A stretch of 64,000 nt of DNA from Acidobacteriota bacterium (GCA_965209055.1 OZ242374.1:3648001-3712000), one strand, 5' to 3'; counted from the first letter of the stretch, positions 29,556 through 41,100 are shown. Made by a program: numbers and translations. The notes: a model not told the origin generated them from the sequence alone.

Positions 29556-30569
29556 CTACGAGGCGATGGTGGCTCGGAGACTGGACCGGCCAAGGACGTC
29601 CGGATTCACGACCCAGTCCGGGACCTTGCCCGACAGGACGTCGGCGACTTGCCGGGCCGCCGTGGTCTGCAACTCCAGGAGCGACTCCTGGGAGTAGAAG
29701 GAGGCGTGGGGAGTGATGATGATCTTGGGATGGAGCACCACCGGGTCGTCCGGGTCCGGCGGTTCCTGGGGCAGCACGTCCAATCCGGCGCCTGCGATCT
29801 CGCCCGCATCGAGCGCCTCCACCAGTGCGGCCGTGTCCACCACGGCTCCCCTGGAGGTGTTGATGAGGAAGGCCTCGGGACGCATCCGCCGAAAGGCGTC
29901 GCGGTTGAAGAGGTGGTGCGTCTCGTCGTTGAGCGGGACATGGATGGAAATGTAGTCGCTGACCTCCATCAGGCGGTCCAGCTGCATCGGCTCCGCGCCC
30001 TGCTCCCGTACCGTGGCGTCGTCCAGGTAGGGGTCGAAGGCCGCGATCTTGAGACCCAAGCCCCGGGCCTTGCGTCCCAGCGTGCGCCCGATCTTGCCGA
30101 ATCCGACTATTCCCAAAGTCCGTCCGCGGATCCGGAAGATGGGCCGGCCCGGCGCCATTCCGTAGCGGCCTACCTTGGCCTCCCGGTCGAAGAGGACGAC
30201 CTTGCGGGCCGAGGCCAGAAGCAACGCCAGCGCCTGGTCGGTGACCTCTTCCAGGCAATAGGCGGGAACGTTGGTCACGATGACGCCCTGCTCCGTGGCG
30301 AACGGGATGTCGATGTTGTCCAGCCCGATCCCGTAGCGGGCGATGATCCGGCAGCGCGCGGCCTCCCGGATCGTCCGCGTCGACACCGCCTTCCAGCAGG
30401 TCAGGATGGCGTCGGCCCGGGGGGCCATCTCCACCAACTCGTCCTCTTCGCCGGTCGAAGCCACCATCAGAGAGGCTCCGATCCGCCCCAGGATCTCCTT
30501 TTCCGGATCGAGCGTCGGCCAGGCATAGTCCGTGACCAGGACACGCGGTCCCTGTCGTCCCTCGCTCAT
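29556..30569 (-). CDS. D-isomer-specific 2-hydroxyacid dehydrogenase (CtBP-like)
   Basis: RYGIGLDNID, GIVGFGKIG, INTSRG, TPHASFYS. Confidence 0.9.
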   Translation of the reverse strand: MSEGRQGPRVLVTDYAWPTLDPEKEILGRIGASLMVASTGEEDELVEMAPRADAILTCWKAVSTRTIREAARCRIIARYGIGLDNIDIPFATEQGVIVTNVPAYCLEEVTDQALALLLASARKVVLFDREAKVGRYGMAPGRPIFRIRGRTLGIVGFGKIGRTLGRKARGLGLKIAAFDPYLDDATVREQGAEPMQLDRLMEVSDYISIHVPLNDETHHLFNRDAFRRMRPEAFLINTSRGAVVDTAALVEALDAGEIAGAGLDVLPQEPPDPDDPVVLHPKIIITPHASFYSQESLLELQTTAARQVADVLSGKVPDWVVNPDVLGRSSLRATIAS

Positions 30570-31174
30570 GTGCTGTCTCCTTCGACGGCCTTCTTCTCCA
30601 GCAGCTCGTTCAAAAAGCGGACGGACGATTCGTCGTCCCACCGGGCGCTCCCCACGTGGCGGAACACGATCCGGCCCGTCCGGTCCATTATGAAGGTGGC
30701 CGGGATTCCTCGACTCTCGAATGCAGAGGGTTTCTCGTCGTCCGAGACGTACAAGGGAAGTTTCCACCCCTTCTCATCCACGAACTCTTCCACCACGTCC
30801 GGCGGCTCGTCGGAGACCAGGAGGAACGCCACGTCTTCCTGCGGGAACTGTTCATAAAGGCGCTGAATTCCGGGCATTTCGACCACGCACGGCCCGCACC
30901 ACGTGGCCCAGAGATTGACGAACAGAACCTTCCCCTCGAACGCGGACAGTGAAGTCTCCTGTCCGTCGAGGCTCTGAAGCTTCCACTCCATGCCGGTAAG
31001 CGATTCCTGTTGGGGAAACGGCGGGGGAGGCAGGCCGAAATCCCGGTCTCCCAGGCCGCCCATCTGCTGCCTCGACAGCAGCATGAGCAACATGCCGGTG
31101 CCCAAGATCAGTGCGACCGTGAGTCCCACTCCTGCAGCCAGGCCGACGAAGAAGTACCGGTTGAAGAAACTCAT
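30566..31174 (-). CDS. TlpA-family disulfide reductase
   Basis: N-terminal TM segment; VNLWATWCGPC, GIPATF. Confidence 0.9.
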   Translation of the reverse strand: MSFFNRYFFVGLAAGVGLTVALILGTGMLLMLLSRQQMGGLGDRDFGLPPPPFPQQESLTGMEWKLQSLDGQETSLSAFEGKVLFVNLWATWCGPCVVEMPGIQRLYEQFPQEDVAFLLVSDEPPDVVEEFVDEKGWKLPLYVSDDEKPSAFESRGIPATFIMDRTGRIVFRHVGSARWDDESSVRFLNELLEKKAVEGDST

Positions 31175-31346
31175 CAGCTTCCTCCTATTCCGGTCAGCAT
31201 AACAAATGCCCATGGGAGCGGCGCCCTTCTTGCGGCCGGGAGCGGCGCCATCCCAGTCGCCGGATGGGAGCGGCGACATCTCTGTCGCCGAACTCTTCAG
31301 GGCGAACACGCGACAATTCAGCCACCCATCGCAACAAGGCGCCCTT

Positions 31347-32084
31347 CTACACCATGGGGCTCCGCCACAGCGCCTGTCCGACGAAAAACGGTCCCATCTG
31401 TTGCATGAACTCCGAGGTCTGCCGCGTCCGGCGCATTCGCTGGACCAGGTGGGAGAGCGGATGCAGTTCCTTGCCCACCAGGCCGATGACGAACTCGTTG
31501 TCGTTGGTGTCGATCCCGTGGCAGGCCAGCCGGATGTCGTGGGCGAGATTCTGTTGTCCGTAGAGCCGGCCGACCCCGCCGTGCTCCCGCAGTATGCTCT
31601 GCTGCACGTTCTGCGGCTGGGCATTGAAGGCGCCGGTGCGGCGCAGGGGATACCAGACGGCCCAGGGCCAATCCGGATTCAGGGCCGTGCGCTGAGGACG
31701 TCCGATAAGCCAGTCCTCGACATCGGGTTCGTAGCCGCTGGCGTAGCTCCGGCCCAGCATGGTGAACTCGGGCCGCAGCGTGAGGGAGCCGAAGGACCCG
31801 GAGTTGAGGAATGGACGCACCGCGGTGACGAAGTCGGCCGGATCCTCGGACATGGTCAGGAGTCCAACCCCTCGAGGGTGATTCAGATCCAGATAAAGTA
31901 CGGCCGGCCTCAGGCCGCTCGCCTTGAGCTGTTTGATCAGGGGTCGCGTATCGCGGCAGCCGCTGAAAACGTGAAGCTGCATGAAGAGCCGCCGGTCGGT
32001 CGTATGCTCGTTCCCGTCCCGGTCCCGGCCGTGCTCCAGGACGTCGATCCGATGTTGCGGTTTCTGAGTGTGCATGCGCGCCAT
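31347..32084 (-). CDS. Chlorite dismutase family / coproheme decarboxylase (ChdC/HemQ-like)
   Basis: AVWYPLRR, ILREHGGVG, DNEFVIGL, LVQRMR...GPFFVG. Confidence 0.8.
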   Translation of the reverse strand: MARMHTQKPQHRIDVLEHGRDRDGNEHTTDRRLFMQLHVFSGCRDTRPLIKQLKASGLRPAVLYLDLNHPRGVGLLTMSEDPADFVTAVRPFLNSGSFGSLTLRPEFTMLGRSYASGYEPDVEDWLIGRPQRTALNPDWPWAVWYPLRRTGAFNAQPQNVQQSILREHGGVGRLYGQQNLAHDIRLACHGIDTNDNEFVIGLVGKELHPLSHLVQRMRRTRQTSEFMQQMGPFFVGQALWRSPMV

Positions 32085-32135
32085 TCTACTCGATCGGCGA
32101 ATGCACACCGATCCCGAGTCCCGGAACGAAAGAGC

Positions 32136-32540
32136 CTAGACTCCAAGTGTTGAGAGAAACCGGGGAGCGTTGACGATCTTGGTGCCGCGGTGTTCTCCGA
32201 GGGGCAACAGATGCCGCCGGTCACCCGTTACGAGAAAATCGGCAGCGGATTCGACCGCGCACGCCAGGATCTGGTTGTCGGCTTCGTTATTCACGATTAC
32301 GTTTGGCAACTGTCGGGGCTCAATGATGGTTGCCGAATCGCCTAACATTGCAATCGCGCGGTCCGAAACTGTCTCCTTCCAACCGAACTTCCGCACCAAT
32401 ACTCCACGAACCTCATCCAAAATCAACGGGGAGAGGACCAATGCATACCGCCCTCGGCGGGCCAGATCGAGAACGAGACGCTCGTTTCCAGGAAAGTTCA
32501 GGCCGGAGACAATGACGTTGGTGTCCAGAACGACCCTCAT
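32136..32540 (-). CDS. PIN-domain toxin
   Basis: MRVVLDTNVIVSG...DNQILACA...DFLVTGD. Confidence 0.9.
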   Translation of the reverse strand: MRVVLDTNVIVSGLNFPGNERLVLDLARRGRYALVLSPLILDEVRGVLVRKFGWKETVSDRAIAMLGDSATIIEPRQLPNVIVNNEADNQILACAVESAADFLVTGDRRHLLPLGEHRGTKIVNAPRFLSTLGV

Positions 32541-32794
32541 GAGCGAGAAGCGGCTGTCTCGGCCCGAAACTCCTCAACCAGGAGCCCCACATCCTCTGGA
32601 CCGATGCCCTTCTCCCTCGTCCGCCGTTCACCATACTGGAGCAACTGCCTCCATTCGCACTCCTCGATGTACCGGAGCAGTGCCGTTCGCAGAAGTGCGC
32701 TCCTGGTGCGGCCTTCCTGCTTCAAGATCTCGTCGACCCTGTCCGCCAACTCGGGCGGCAGCGAGAACGTAATGGTCCTGCTGGTTCTGGCCAT
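32537..32794 (-). CDS. CopG/RHH antitoxin
   Basis: ITFSLPPELADRVD...RTRSALLRTAL; overlaps the PIN gene. Confidence 0.88.
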   Translation of the reverse strand: MARTSRTITFSLPPELADRVDEILKQEGRTRSALLRTALLRYIEECEWRQLLQYGERRTREKGIGPEDVGLLVEEFRAETAASRS

Positions 32795-32876
32795 ATTGCC
32801 TCTAGCTGTGTGTTATCGAGTCTTACTCAAGTCTCCCATCCGACTTGGACGATTGTCAAAGTTCTCAGACTCCAGT

Positions 32877-34166
32877 CTACGCCATCGTCTCGTCCAACCT
32901 CCGGGCCCGGTCGACCTGCGCAGGCCGAACCAGCGGGAGCAGGAGGATGGGTACGATGATCATCAGGCCCGAGACCAGGAACGAGTGCTCGTAGGAAAAG
33001 ACCTCGCGGACCGGTCCGGCCATCCAGTTCCCGATGACGTGACCCACGTTGGAGAGGGTCATGTAGGTGGTGAAGATGGTGGCTGCTGAACGGGTCCAGG
33101 TGATCCGCATGGAGAAAGAAAGGAAACTGACGCCGACCACCGCCCAAAGCGCCGGCGCTGCAATCAGGTAGAGGATCGTGAACCACGAGTCGGACCAGAG
33201 TCCGGGCAGGGCCCCGAAGAGCAAAGCCAGGAGGGCCGAGGCTCCCAAGCTGACACCCATGACGCGGCGGCGCCCGAAGCGGTCGGCCAGGAACCCGGCA
33301 CCGATGGCTCCCAGGAATTCGGGAACCACAGCGTAGGATGAGACCAGGGAGACATCCACGAAGCTCCATCCCAACTGTTGCGTGTAGAGGGCCTTGGAAA
33401 CGATCTCCGTCACGCCAAAGCCGATGGTCTTGACGAGTGCGAGGAGGGCGAAAACGTACATGGAGCTCAGGGCGAAGCCGTAACGCATGTCCCGAAGGAC
33501 CTCCATGGGACTGCGGACGCTGGGAGCCTTCACGTCTTCGGAAGCTTGGCCCCGGCTCCAGGGAAAGCGCTTCTCCCCCGACCTCTCCAGCAGCAGCAGG
33601 GGCAGCAGCATGATGACCACCATGAAGGCGAACTGCACCAGGACCGCAGCCGGGATCCCCCAGTGGCTCATCACCACGGCCATGAGACCGGCGCCGACCC
33701 CCTTGCCCACCAGCTTGGAACCCCACATCAAGCCGTTGACCTGCCCATATTCGTTCCGGGGCAGGATGTCCACTGCCAAGGCATCGGTGGCGACGTCCTG
33801 CAGCGAGGCGAAGCAGTTGTGTATGAAGAACATCCAACCCAGGAACTGAAGGTCGCCCTCCAGGTTGCCCATGAGGAGCAGCCCCAGCATGGTGACGCCC
33901 ATCATCAGTTCCGCACCGATGATCCAGGGGCGGCGCCGGCCCATGGAGCGGATGGTCACGGTGTCGATTAGCGGCGCCCAGACCAGCTTGAAGGTCCAGG
34001 GGACCAGGACGATGGCGGCCAGTTCACCGGCCCGAGCCTCGTTGACGCCTTGGGCGGTCAGGTACGAGATCAGGGCGATGGTCATGAACCCCCAGGGGAG
34101 CCCCTGGGCGGCATAGAGGCCGCATAAGGTTGCGATACGTTGCCAGCGGCTGTCGGCCATGGACAT
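32877..34166 (-). CDS. MFS transporter (AmpG-like)
   Basis: LYAAQGLPWG, PWTFKLVWAPLID, QDVATDALAVD. Confidence 0.88.
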   Translation of the reverse strand: MSMADSRWQRIATLCGLYAAQGLPWGFMTIALISYLTAQGVNEARAGELAAIVLVPWTFKLVWAPLIDTVTIRSMGRRRPWIIGAELMMGVTMLGLLLMGNLEGDLQFLGWMFFIHNCFASLQDVATDALAVDILPRNEYGQVNGLMWGSKLVGKGVGAGLMAVVMSHWGIPAAVLVQFAFMVVIMLLPLLLLERSGEKRFPWSRGQASEDVKAPSVRSPMEVLRDMRYGFALSSMYVFALLALVKTIGFGVTEIVSKALYTQQLGWSFVDVSLVSSYAVVPEFLGAIGAGFLADRFGRRRVMGVSLGASALLALLFGALPGLWSDSWFTILYLIAAPALWAVVGVSFLSFSMRITWTRSAATIFTTYMTLSNVGHVIGNWMAGPVREVFSYEHSFLVSGLMIIVPILLLPLVRPAQVDRARRLDETMA

Positions 34167-35413
34167 CAGCGATGGTTCTCCTTCGGCTTCAGGATCGAAT
34201 AGTGAGCAATCAACAACAACACGGCGCCGGTCAGTCCGATGCACCCCCCCACGTAGAAGGGAAGGGACGAGGAAAAATCAGGACTGTCCGGCGACTGCAG
34301 GTTCCTCATCACCGTGGCGAACAGAGTGGAGGCGAGCCCGCTCAGAGTGGTGGAGAACCCGATGGCTGGGCCTCGCAACTCGATGGGCATGTGCTCGGTG
34401 ATGTAGCCGGTCTGAGACCAGCGCATGAGTTGCCTCAGGAACTCGAACAGTGCGGTAAACAACACCACTCCGTAGACGTTGGAGGACAGACCGATGCCCA
34501 GGCTACTGGCGGCATAGGCTCCCAGCACCGCCGCGGCCATGAGGGCGCCGGCCTTCTTCCCGGCGATGAGGATGATGAAAAGCCCGCCCAGGAACTGCAT
34601 GCCGTAGCCGGCGGTGAGGAGCGTGGACCAGCCCTGGTCCACGGCGCCCACCTTCAGCGCGATTTCCTCGGCTTCGGCCCGGTACGGCAGGTAGATGTTG
34701 ACGGTCTGGAATACGGGTCCGCCCATGAGGCTCAGGGGAATGACCATGGCCAGATACCGGGGCATGCGCAACAGGGAGAAATTGGTTTTCCAGTCTTCCT
34801 CCACGAGCTGGCGCCGAACCGGCCCCGCGTGTCTCGCCACGGTCCGGATCAGCAGCGCGCCTGCAACGCACAGGGCCGTGTGAAACCAGAGTGTGGGAAC
34901 GAAGTCTCCGGGAGATGGGTCCCCGTTGGACGTCCACGTCAGAATCGCCGCGCCCAAAGGGGCTCCCAGGAAGCTGCCTCCGCCGAGGGCAATCATCAGC
35001 AGGGCGTTCGCCCACCCCCGCTTGCCCGTAGCCGCGGTCTGGACGAAGGCCATGGCCCCGACCCATTGTGCGGCGGCCGTGATCCCGTACAGCAGTCCCG
35101 CAAAGGGGACCACCCAGTAGCCCGGAATGAAGATCAGCAGCAGACCCAGCCCGGCAAACCCGGCGACGCCGCTGGACCAGACGTCGCGCTCGTCGACTCG
35201 GGACGCCAGCAGACCGGAGAGGGTGGAGCCTGCGATGAAGGCGACCAGCCAATAGAAGCTGAAGGTTTCGTAGGCGTCCCTGGGATATTCGAGGGCGCTG
35301 AAATACAGCGGCGTGCTGTAGCGGATGAGCGCGTGGGACAGGTAGTTGGACAGCGCGATGCCGAACACCAGACCGAGTCGCGGAGTGCCTGCTCTGGCGT
35401 CGCCTGACTGCAT
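34166..35413 (-). CDS. MFS transporter
   Basis: About 12 hydrophobic segments; TGATG coupling with the downstream gene. Confidence 0.8.
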   Translation of the reverse strand: MQSGDARAGTPRLGLVFGIALSNYLSHALIRYSTPLYFSALEYPRDAYETFSFYWLVAFIAGSTLSGLLASRVDERDVWSSGVAGFAGLGLLLIFIPGYWVVPFAGLLYGITAAAQWVGAMAFVQTAATGKRGWANALLMIALGGGSFLGAPLGAAILTWTSNGDPSPGDFVPTLWFHTALCVAGALLIRTVARHAGPVRRQLVEEDWKTNFSLLRMPRYLAMVIPLSLMGGPVFQTVNIYLPYRAEAEEIALKVGAVDQGWSTLLTAGYGMQFLGGLFIILIAGKKAGALMAAAVLGAYAASSLGIGLSSNVYGVVLFTALFEFLRQLMRWSQTGYITEHMPIELRGPAIGFSTTLSGLASTLFATVMRNLQSPDSPDFSSSLPFYVGGCIGLTGAVLLLIAHYSILKPKENHR

Positions 35414-35514
35414 CGCTCAGCTCACGACACCGAGTAGAAAGACAGGCCTCCCGGTACCGCCATCGGTGTGCCTGGCAACGCCGCGATTGTAGCCATGGAC
35501 GCCCATCGTACCCA

Positions 35515-37272
35515 TCAGATGCGTGCCTGGTAAGTGTAAAGCTGGAAATAACGGCCCTGCTGCCGGATCAACTCCTCGTGACCGCCCCGTTCCACGATCT
35601 CGCCCGCCTCCACCACCAGGATCTGGTGTGCTTGGCGAATGGTGCTGAGACGATGGGCGATGACGAAGGTGGTGCGTCCCCGCAACAGTCCGGCCAGGCT
35701 CTGTTGGATGTAGAGTTCGCTTTCGGTGTCCAGATTGGAGGTGGCTTCGTCCAGGATCAGAATCCTGGGATCGGCCAAGAGGGCCCGGGCGATGGAGACC
35801 CGCTGGCGCTGTCCTCCCGAGAGCTTCACGCCCCGCTCTCCGATGAGGGTCTCGAGTCCCTGGTCGAATTGGTCGGTGAACTCCTTGACATGGGAGGCCC
35901 GCACGGCTTCCAGCAGCTCCTCCTCGCTGGCCTGGGGCCGGCCGAAGAGGATGTTCTCGCGGATGGTTCCCTCGTACAGGAAGTCGTCCTGAAGCACGAC
36001 TCCCAGCCGGGACCGGTACGATTGCAGAGTCACCGTGGACAGGTCGCGGCCGTCAACCAGGACCCGGCCCTGGTCCGGCTTCAGGAAGGAGGCCGCCAGG
36101 CCTGCCAGCGTGGTCTTTCCCGAACCGGAGCTCCCCACCAACGCCGTCACGCTCCCCGCGGGAGCGTCGAAGCTCACTTTCTTCAATACCGGGTTCCCCG
36201 GCTCGTAGGAGAAGGTGACATCTTGGAAGACGACATGGCCTTCCACGTCGTCCAGGACCACAGTCCGGTCCGGGTCGTCGTCTTCCCGGGCTGTCGTCAG
36301 GATCTCTTCGCTGCGGTCGAGACCGGCGAAGGCCTCGGTGATCTGGCTGCCGATGTTGCCCATCTGGACGATGGGTGCGATGAGGAATCCCAGGAAGAGG
36401 GTGAAGGAGACGAAATCCCCCACCGTCATCTCGCCCTCCAGAATCATGGAACTCCCCAGGCCCATGATCCCCACGCTGGCCAGTCCCAGAAGCAGCGTCG
36501 ACGCGCTGGTGACCAGGCTGGTGGCGGTGAGGGACTTCCTGACGTTTTTGAAGATCCTCGCCACCCCTTTTTCGAAGACGCGGATCTCCTGGCGCTCGGC
36601 GCTGAACCCCTTGATGACCCGGATGCCGCCCAGGGATTCGGCGAGCCGGCCGGTGACGTCGGCGTTGATCTTGCCCCGCTCGCGGAAGATGGGCCGGATG
36701 TAACCGAAGGCCTTCAGCGAGATCAGTCCCAGGATGGTGAGGGGGACCAGGGTGTAAAGCGTCATCAGGACGCTGATCCTGAAGAGGAAGAAGAGGGAGC
36801 CGATGGCGGTCAGGACTCCGCCGAAGAGGTGGACGAGTCCCGTGCCGACCAGGTTCCGGACGCCCTCCACGTCGGTCATGATCCGGGAGACCAGTTCGCC
36901 CGACTTGGTGTTGTCGAAGAACCGGATGGGGAGAAAGATGATGTGGCGCTGGACCTGCGCCCGGAGCAGGGAAATCAGGTGCTGGGCCTCCACGCTCAGG
37001 AGCTTGGTGAGGAAGAAGGCGCTGAACGCCTGAACCGCGATGGCCACCGTCACGCCCGCCAGCAGCAGACGGAGCAACTCGACGTCCCCTTTGCCGATCA
37101 CGTCGTCGACGAGAAACTTGCTGGCGGCGGGCAGGGCGAGACCCGACATCCGGTTCAGCAGGATCAGGGCCAGACCCAGCAGGAGCAGCTTGCGGCGCGG
37201 CCAGATGATCTTCCGGAAGGCGTAGCGGACGGTGGCGAGAGAAGGCTTCTTCCTGCTCTTTCGCGATCGCAT
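35515..37272 (-). CDS. ABC exporter, fused permease/ATP-binding protein (MsbA-like)
   Basis: TMD followed by GSSGSGKTT, LSGGQRQR, ILDEATS, IAHRLST. Confidence 0.95.
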   Translation of the reverse strand: MRSRKSRKKPSLATVRYAFRKIIWPRRKLLLLGLALILLNRMSGLALPAASKFLVDDVIGKGDVELLRLLLAGVTVAIAVQAFSAFFLTKLLSVEAQHLISLLRAQVQRHIIFLPIRFFDNTKSGELVSRIMTDVEGVRNLVGTGLVHLFGGVLTAIGSLFFLFRISVLMTLYTLVPLTILGLISLKAFGYIRPIFRERGKINADVTGRLAESLGGIRVIKGFSAERQEIRVFEKGVARIFKNVRKSLTATSLVTSASTLLLGLASVGIMGLGSSMILEGEMTVGDFVSFTLFLGFLIAPIVQMGNIGSQITEAFAGLDRSEEILTTAREDDDPDRTVVLDDVEGHVVFQDVTFSYEPGNPVLKKVSFDAPAGSVTALVGSSGSGKTTLAGLAASFLKPDQGRVLVDGRDLSTVTLQSYRSRLGVVLQDDFLYEGTIRENILFGRPQASEEELLEAVRASHVKEFTDQFDQGLETLIGERGVKLSGGQRQRVSIARALLADPRILILDEATSNLDTESELYIQQSLAGLLRGRTTFVIAHRLSTIRQAHQILVVEAGEIVERGGHEELIRQQGRYFQLYTYQARI

Positions 37273-37358
37273 AGAGAATCCGGCGGGAGAGACGGGGCAC
37301 ATCCCCGGGAAGCGGCCTCATTCTTACCGATTCGGGAAAGCTTTTCCAGGAGAGGGCT

Positions 37359-38011
37359 GGAGGGGAAGTTGCCCAACCGCCGAACTCCGAAATGACAATT
37401 TCCCACCCAGGAACGGGCGATTGGAAATCGCCCCTCCTATGGGGCGGCGGTTTCCCAACCGCCGGACTCCGGAGCGACAATTTCCCACCCAGGAACGGGC
37501 GATCGGAAATCTCCCCTCCTATGGGGCGGCGGTTTCCCAACCGCCGGACTCCGGAGCGACGATCCAGCACCCAGGAACGGGCGATTGGAAATTGTCCCTC
37601 CTATGGGGCGGCGGTTTCCCAACCGCCGGACTCCGGAGCGACGATCCAGCACCCAGGAACGGGCGATTGGAAATCGCCTCTCCTCTGGAGCGGCGGTTTC
37701 CCAACCGCCGGACTCCGGAGCGACGATCCAGCACCGAAGAACGGGCGATCGGAAATCTCCCCTCCTATGGGGCGGCGGTTTCCCAACCGCCGGACTCCGG
37801 AGCGACGATCCAGCACCGAAGAACGGGCGATCGGAAATCTCCCCTCCTATGGGGCGGCGGTTTCCCAACCGCCGGACTCCGGAGCGACGATCCAGCACCC
37901 AGGAACGGGCGATTGGAAATCTCCCCTCCTATGGGGCGGCGGTTTCCCAACCGCCGAACTCCGAAATGACAATTTTCCACCGAAGAACGGGCGATCGGAA
38001 ATCGCCTCTCC
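37359..38011. repeat. Tandem array of about 8 x 82-bp REP-doublet (BIME/REPIN-like) units
   Basis: Unit GG(G/A)GCGGCGGTTTCCCAACCGCC-GGACTCCGGAGCGACGATCCAGCACCCAGGAAC-GGGCGATYGGAAATCKCCCCTCC, joined by TAT/TCT; near-identical copies, no unique spacers. Confidence 0.9.
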
Positions 38012-38127
38012 TGGCGCCACCACAGCCGCCTCCCACAGTGGTCATTGCTCGGCTTGCGCGGCTGAATTTCTCAGACTCTCAATGTTAGAATCAACTGGCT
38101 TATATCCTCACGTCCGGGGAGGACTCG

Positions 38128-41100
38128 ATGGAGTTGGGAAACTGGAAAATTCCGGCGCCGTGGCTGCTCGCGGTGCTCCTTTCCCAGCCTCTCCTCGCCG
38201 GTTCGGCGGACGACGGCGAGTATTTCGAAAAGAAGATCCGGCCGCTCCTGGCCGAACACTGCTACGCCTGTCACTCCAGCACCAGCCAGCCGGTCATGGG
38301 CGGGCTGATCCTGGACCAGGAAGAGGGCTTTCGCAAGGGTGGTAGCCGCGGGTCTCCCGTGGTCGCGGGCGATCCCGGGTCGAGCCTGCTGATTCGCGCC
38401 GTCACCCACCAGGATGACAAGCTGCGCATGCCCCTGGCGGGCCGGCTGGCGGATCGGGAGATCGCCCTGCTCACGGATTGGGTGCGGATGGGCGCCCCCT
38501 GGGGGATGACCGCCGACCCGGACCAGACAGCCTCCGGGACGGAAGGCTTCTGGGCCTTCGAGCCTCCGGTGGAACCCTCTCGGCCACAAGTCCGGCGAGT
38601 TGATTGGGTCCGTTCTCCCATCGACCGATTCATCCTGGCCCGGTTGGAAGCCGAAGGGCTGGAGCCGGCGCCGGCGGCGGATCGGCGGACCCTCATCCGG
38701 CGGGCCACCTTCGACCTGACCGGACTCCCCCCCACCATCGAGGAGATCCGGGATTTCCTCCAGGACCGCTCGCCGGGAGCCTACTCCCGGTTGATCGAAC
38801 GCCTCCTGTCCTCGCCCCGCTACGGAGAGCGTTGGGGCCGCCACTGGTTGGACGTGGCCCGCTACGCCGATTCCAACGGGCTGGACGAGAACATGGCGTA
38901 TACAACGGCCTTCCGCTACCGGGACTACGTGGTCCAGGCCCTCAACCGGGACAAGCCCTACGATCAGTTCGTGCGGGAGCAGTTGGCCGGAGATCTCCTG
39001 CCCGAAACGGGTGATCTGGAGACCACGCTGGAGCGCTGGACGGCCACCGGATTCCTCTCCCTGGGTCCCAAGATGCTGGCGGAAGACGACCCCGTGAAGA
39101 TGCGGATGGACATCATCGACGAGCAGCTCGACACCAGCTTTCGGGCGTTCCTGGGGCTGACGGTGGGCTGCGCCCGTTGCCACGACCACAAGTTCGATCC
39201 CGTCTCGATTCGGGACTACTACTCGCTGGCCGGAATCTTCAGAAGCTCCAAGACCATGGAGCACCACGACGTGGTGGCCGAGTGGCATGAGCATGTCCTG
39301 GCTCCGGCGCACGACCGCCACCAACTGCGGCAGCAGCGGGAGAAGATCGAGGCCAAGACCAAGGCCATCGAATCGGTGACCAAGCGGGAGAACAAGAAGC
39401 TGGTCCAGGAGGGCCGCACCCGGGTGGGCGCCTACCTGCTGGCCGCCCAGGAGTTGGCGGAGTACCGGAAGATCCGCCTCAAGAGCGTGTTCGAAGGACG
39501 GAATCCCGAAGGGGAACCCCTGGCCGTGCGGGAGGCGGGGAGCTGGGAGCGGGGAAACGTCGAGCGGGAGTTGAAGAAGGGAAAGACGAATATCCCCGAT
39601 GCCGAGGGTTCCGACGCGCCTCCCGATGCCTATTTCGCCGAGTACGACATCCGGACCCCCGCAGCCGGCCCCTACCAGTTGGAGTTTCTGGAAGCCGAGA
39701 CCGGCGCCGGCACTGCGGATATCCACATCAACGGCACCCTGGTCAAGCGGGGGATCGAGGCCATCGAGAACCGGACCGCCTCACCCGACTCGGGAGGGTG
39801 GATGGTGGCCGGAATCTTCGACCTCGAGGCCGGGCCCAACACGTTGCGCCTGGAGCACAAGACCCGCTTTCCCTATTTTGAGAAGCTGCTGTTGACCCCC
39901 AATCCCCTACCGGAAGGCGCCCCGATCCCCAGGACCCTGGTCCAGGTGGCCCATCGGGACGGCCTGAACCCCGTCTTTCTGTACCAGTGGATCGATCGCC
40001 TCCGCCGGAGCCGCGGTGCGCCCTATTCGGTGCTTTATGCCTGGCACGCCCGGGCCGACGGAATATCGCGGGAGGGGTGGCAGTCACCGGCGGCGAGGCT
40101 CTTCCAGGATTTTGAGGCGACCGGTCTGGCGGAGCTGGCCGCCCAGTATCAGAAGCAGTTCCGTCTGGCGGAGGAGGCCTGGCGGGCGCTGGTAAGGGAG
40201 CGGGAAGTCGTCACCAGGAAGTTCAGCACGGTCCGCGCCGACGACGAGATCGAAGAGACCAAGCTGGAGGATCCGGCCCTGGAGGCCATGAGAGCGATCC
40301 TCTACGAGAAATGGGGGCCCTTCCGGCCGCCCGAGAAGACCACCGAGTACTTTCCCGAGGCCGCTCTCCGGGAGCTGGACGCCCTGGAAGAGGAACGGAA
40401 GAAGCTGGAGGAAGGCAAACCCGATCTTCCCACGGCCATGGGAATCACCGAAGGCCAGCAGATCGACGACTTGGCCATCCATCTGCGCGGCAGCCATTGG
40501 GACCTGGGTGAGAAGGTGCCGCGAGGATTTCCGGGACTGGGCCGCAAGTCGCTGGAACAGCTTCGGGACCCGGCAAGCAGCGGACGGCTGGAACTGGCGA
40601 ATTGGATCACCCGCGACGACAATCCTTTGGCGGCTCGCGTCATGGTCAACCGGATCTGGCGCTGGCACATGGGACGGGGATTGGTGGCCTCCACCGACAA
40701 CTTTGGCCGGCTGGGCGACGCACCCACTCACCCCGATTTGCTCAACTGGCTGGCGATCCGATTCGTGGAAGGGAATTGGTCCCTGAAACGGATGCATCGT
40801 CTCATCATGCTTTCCGCCACCTATCGGATGAGCACCCGGTATTCCGCCGAAGGGTCGGAAAAGGATCCTGAGAATCGACTGCTTTGGCGGATGAACCGGC
40901 GCCAGTTGGAAGCCGAGGCGATTCGCGACTCCATCCTGGCCGTTTCCGCCTACCTGGACCTGAAGCCGGGAGGATCGTTGTTGGGCCAGAGCGGCCGGGA
41001 GTATATCCGGCCCGGAACCCGTTACGACTGGAATCGAAGGTCGATCTATCTTCCGGTGGTGCGCAGTTCCATGTACGATTTCCTGCGGGCCTTCGATTTC

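Noticed and set aside
37359-38011. Possible CRISPR array
   Set aside because: The intervening sequences are near-identical rather than unique spacers, the period is 82 bp and there are no cas genes in the window.
37232-38345. Repetitive ORFs in several frames over the tandem array
   Set aside because: By-products of a stop-poor 82-bp repeat cycling through frames; no RBS or domain signal.
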